A stretch of 64,000 nt of DNA, taken from assembly GCF_044704955.1 (NCBI RefSeq), contig NC_091999.1, forward strand, positions 15,314,001-15,378,000, in the 5' to 3' direction. The notes under the pieces are model-generated. The model saw only the letters and a list, made by a program, of their open reading frames with translations. It had not been told where the DNA came from and did not search any database. Both the position numbers and the translations under genes were made by a program. Position 1 is the stretch's first letter; each line of letters starts with the position of its first letter. This document shows positions 59,626-64,000 of the stretch, piece by piece. This DNA comes from Pristiophorus japonicus. Taxonomy: Eukaryota.

Positions 59626-61553
59626 GCAGGTTTAACAGGTGCTCACAATCAGGAAGGCTTTAGATTGAGTCAGGGAACAGAGTGGTTCTGCTCAACACAA
59701 TCAGAGAATGGTTTCAGCGCGGAAGGCCATTCGGCCCGTCGAGCCCTTGCCGGCTCCCAGCTCGTCCCACTGCCCGCCTTTTCCCCCGGCCCTGCAAGTG
59801 TTTTTTTTCAAATACTTATCCAACTTTTTTTTTTGAAAGCTGTGATTGAGTCTTCCTCCACCACCCTTTCAGGCCGTGCTTTCAAGATCTTAACCACTTG
59901 CTGCCATTCACCTTAAATCCATCTCCTCTGATTCTCTACCCTTCTGCCAGTTGAACAGTATCTCTCTATCTACTCTGTCCAGACCCTCATGATTTTGAAC
60001 ACTTCTATCAATTCTCCTCTCAACCTTCTCTGCTCCAAGGGGAGCAACCCCAGCTTCTCCAGTCAATCCATGTAACCGAAGTCCCTCATCTCATGAATCA
60101 TTCTTGTCAATCTTTTCTGCACCCTCTCTAAGGCCATCACATCCTAATGTGCGGTGCCCAGAATTGGACACAATGCTCCAGTTGACACCGAACCAGTGGT
60201 TTACAAAGGTTCATCATAACCTCCTTGCTTTTGTACTCTGTGATGCCCAGCAACCTGTAAGCTTTTTTAACTGCTTTCTCAACCTGTCCTTCAGTGATTT
60301 GTGCACATATACCCGCAGGTCTCACTGTTCATGCACCCCCTTTCGGATTGTACCCTTTAGTTGATATTGTCTATCCTTGTTTATTTCATCATGCTTCTCT
60401 AATTTTATTTCTTAACTCAGGTTCACGGTCTTGTTTTATTTCTTCCTCCAAGCCGCTCAACTTAATCTGGCAGTGTAACGTTGGCGAGCGGTGATTGATT
60501 GCCCTGGGAACCAACAGGAAGAGAGGTCAGGGGCCGTTGGGCCCAGGGAGCAGCGTGTTCTGCAACCAATCACGGTGCTTGAGGGGTGGATCCTGAGTCG
60601 GCCTGTCGGGTGAGTCTGTGTGAACCGCTCTTAAACAATTTATCTTTTAAAAGTTAAATCGAGATTTCTTTCGTTAACAAAACAATGTAACATTTGTCAG
60701 TATTTTGTTTTCCTGGAGCTCCTATTATGAGTTTCAGACACTTCAGTGCCAAGTTAATCAGGTGTTTAAAGGTCATTCATTTCCCTCTTTCCATGACGCT
60801 GTTAGTCAAAGGGACAGAGATTGATTTCCCCGCATTATGCATTCATCGTAGTTAAAGTAACATCCTTCCTGTTAGTAGTGAGTTACATTCTGTGCTGGGC
60901 GAGATTGGCTGGTGGCATCAGCCTTTAAAATACGCATCCTCTTGTTCAAATCTCTCCAGGGTCTCACCGTTCCCCATCTCTGTAACCTCCGCCAGCCCAC
61001 CAACCCTCTTAATAGTTTGATTTCTTTGGAACAAAGGAGGCTGAGGGGAGACCTTAATGAGGTGTATAAAATTATGAGGGGCCTAGATAGAGTGGAGAGG
61101 AAGGACCTATTTCCCTTCACAGAGGGGTCAGCAACCAGCAGAACTTTTTAGCCAGTACGTAGCAAGCCCAACAAGAGAGGGGGAAGTTCTGGACTTCGAG
61201 TTAGGGACTGAAGCTGGGCAGGTGGAAGGGGTATCAGTGGGAGAGCATTTTGGTGCTAGTGATCGTAATTCAGTTAGATTTAGGGTAGTTATGGAAAAGG
61301 ACAAAGATAGACCAGGAATAAAAGTTCTCAATTGGGGAAAAGCCAATTTTACGAAGCTGAGATGTGATTTAGCCAAAGTGGACTGGAAACCGCTATTTGA
61401 AATGGTGAGAGATTGGGAAACGTTGGTGTTCAGAGGGACCTTGGTGTCCTTGTATACGAATCACTGAAAGTTAATATGCAGGTACAGCAAGCAACGAAGA
61501 AAGCAAATGGTATGTTGGCCTTTATTACAAAGGATTTGAGTACAGGAGTAAAG
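59626..61553 (+). repeat. Right arm of the ~2-kb inverted segmental duplication
   Basis: Reverse complement of 38885-40860, including the unique block with CCAAT (60566-60570) and GTGAGT (60610-60615). Confidence 0.9.
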
Positions 61554-62142
61554 ACGTCTTACTGCAATTATATAGGGCCCTGGTGAGACTGCAGCTGGAG
61601 TATTGTGTACAGTTTTGGCTGCTTACCAAAGGAAGGATGTACTTACTGTTGAGGATGGCAACGAAGGTTCACCAAACTGAATTCCTGGGGTGGGATGATT
61701 GTCCTATGAGGAGAGATTGAGTAGACTAGGCATGTATTCTCTCGAGTTTAGAAGAATGAGGGATGATCTCATTGAACCATACAAAATTCTTAAGGTGTGA
61801 CAGGATAGATGCAGGGAGGATGTTTCCTCTGGCTGAGGAGTCCAGAACCAGGGGTCACAGTCTCAAAATAAGGGGTTGGCCATTTAGGACTGAGATGAGC
61901 AGAAACTTATTTACTCATTAATCTTTGTAATTCTCTACACCAGAGGGCTGTGGAGGCTCTGCCTTTGAGCATATTTAAGACAGAGATCGATAGATTTTTG
62001 TAAATTAAGGGAATCAAGGGATATGGAATAGTGCAGGAAAGTGGAGTTGAGGTAGAAGATCAGCCATGATCTCATTGAATGGCAGAGCAGGCTCGAGGGG
62101 CCGAATGGCATACTCCTGCTCTGAAATCTTATGTTCTTATGT
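61400..62142 (+). mobile_element. CR1 3' fragment nested in an older CR1 endonuclease-region fragment (61143-61400, 62143-62265)
   Basis: ORF2 C-terminal remnant with a tcttatgt tail. The host element resumes as KSVSEQWEAFNEEI. Confidence 0.8.
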
Positions 62143-62265
62143 TGAAGTTAAATCAGTCTCAGAGCAGTGGGAGGCATTCAATGAGGAGATAATGAGGGTT
62201 CAGAGGAAGTATGTTACCTTCAAGAAAAAGGGTGGGACTAATAAATCTAGAGCCCCCTGGATATC

Positions 62266-64000
62266 AACATAAGAAATAGGAGCAGGAGTAGGCCATAAGG
62301 TCCCTCGAGCCTGCTCCGCCATTCAATGAGATCATGGCTGATCATCGCCCTCAACGCCACTTTCCTGCCTGATCTCCATATCCCTTGATTCCCTTAATAT
62401 ACAAAAATCTATCTATCTCAACCTTGAATAGACTGAGCATCCACAGCCCTCTGGGGGAGAGAATGCCAAAGATTCACAACACTCTGAATGAATAAATTCC
62501 TCTTTATCTCTGTCTTAAATGGCCTACCACTTATCCTGAGACTGTGCCCCCTAGTTCTAGCCAGTCCAGCCAGGCAAATCAACCTCTTAGCATCTAACCT
62601 GTCAATCCCCTTCAGAACCTTTTATGTTTCAATGAGATCACCTCTCATTATTCTAAACTCGAGAATGTATAGGCCCATTCTACACACTATCTCATCATAA
62701 GACAGCCCAGGAATCAATCTTGTGAACCTTTGTTGCACCGTCTCCAAGGCAAGTGTTTCCGTCCTTAGATAAGGAAACCAAAACTGTGCCCAGTACTCCA
62801 GGTGTGGTCTCACCAAGGCCCTGTACAATTGTAGCAAGACCTCCTTACTCTTATACTCTAACCCCTTGCAATAAAGGACAAACCATTTGCCTTCCTTATT
62901 GCTTGCGTACCTGCATGCTCACTTTCTGTGTGTCTTGCACAAGGGCACCCCAAATCTCTCTAAACACCAACGTTTAAAAGTTTCTCATAATTTAAAAGAT
63001 ACTCTGTTCTTCTGTTGTTCCGACCAAAGTGAATAACCTCACATTTCCCTACACTATACTCCATCTGCCACCTTACTGCCCACTCACATAGTCTATTTAT
63101 ATATATATCTTGCAGACTCTTGTGTTCTCACACCTAGTTTTGTATCATAAGCAAATTTGGATACATTACACTCGGTCCCTTCATCTAGGTCATAAATCAT
63201 AAAATCATCGAAATTTACAGCATGGCAGGAGGCCATTTCAGCCCACTGTGTCCGTGCCGGCCGACAAACAGCTATCCAGCCGAATCCCACTCTCCAGCTC
63301 TCGGTCCGTAGCCCTGTAGGTGATGACACTTGAAGTGCACATCCAAGTATTTTTCAAATGTGCTGAGTGTTTCTGCCTCTACCACCCTTTCAGGCAGTGA
63401 GTTCCAGACCCCCACAAACCTCTAGGTGAAGAAAATTCCCTTCGTATCTCTTCTGAACCAATTACTTTAAATTTGTGCCTCCTTGTTGTTGATCCCTCTG
63501 CCAAGGGAAACAGGTCCTTCCTATCCACTCTATCCAGGCCCCTCATAATTTAATGCACTTTCATCAGGTCTCCCCTCAGTGTCCTCTGATCCAAAGAAAA
63601 TGGACTCTACATCTCCAATCTTTCCTCATAGCCAAAATTCTCCAGTCCAGGCAACATTCTTGTAAATCTCCTCTGTACCCTTTCCAGTACAATCATATCT
63701 TTCCTGTAATGTGATGAGCAGAACTGCACACACTATTCCAACTGCGGCCTAACCAGTCCTAGCTCTTGTATTCCATGCCTCGACTAATAAAGGCGAGTAT
63801 TCCATATGCCTTCTTAACCACTTTATCTACCTGGCCTGCCACTTTCAGCGATCTGTGGACCTACACTCCAAGGTCCTTTTGTTCCTCTACAATTTTCAGT
63901 GTTGTAGCATTTAATGTGTAATCCCTTGCCTTGTTAGACCTCCCCAAATGCATTACCTCACTCTGATCTGGATTAAATTCCATTTGCCACTTTACTACCC
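62266..64000 (-). mobile_element. Two CR1 fragments (62266-63190; 63191-64000)
   Basis: LQLYRALVRPHLEYWAQFWFP, with tails acataagaaatagg and cataaatcataaaatcat. Confidence 0.85.

Overview
Eukaryotic, repeat-dense window that is almost certainly from a cartilaginous fish (shark). No intact host protein-coding gene is evident. From left to right: (1) 1-8.4 kb, the constant region of an IgM heavy-chain cluster (Cmu1-Cmu4, secretory tail, TM1, TM2) that is a pseudogene, with stops in Cmu1 and Cmu2, a frameshift in Cmu3 and a damaged TM2 junction. (2) 8.6-15.9 kb, CR1 LINEs, a 67-bp satellite and the 5' end of an LTR element with a 950-bp LTR and a perfect tRNA-Arg(TCG) primer-binding site. (3) 15.9-35 kb, a decaying tandem array of a Leu(TAA)-SINE-Ser(AGA)-Asp(GTC) tRNA unit on the minus strand, invaded by CR1s and by a second LTR element with a tRNA-Leu(CAA) primer-binding site. 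(4) 35.5-37 kb, a retrovirus-like 3' end carrying three tandem membrane-anchor segments. (5) 37-50.7 kb, LINE-derived minisatellites, more 67-bp satellite, RTE/L2/hAT fragments and a full-length decayed Gypsy element. (6) 50.7-51.9 kb, a CpG-island promoter-like block. (7) 52-59.6 kb, a young head-to-tail array of Tx1-clade retrotransposon copies, each junction marked by a target duplication, with an apparent 3'-transduced segment. (8) a ~2-kb inverted duplication (38.9-40.9 kb vs 59.6-61.55 kb) and further CR1s. The most unusual item is the Tx1 array, which looks like an element that re-targets the junction formed by its own 3' end. Family assignments come from motif recognition by eye, not database searches.
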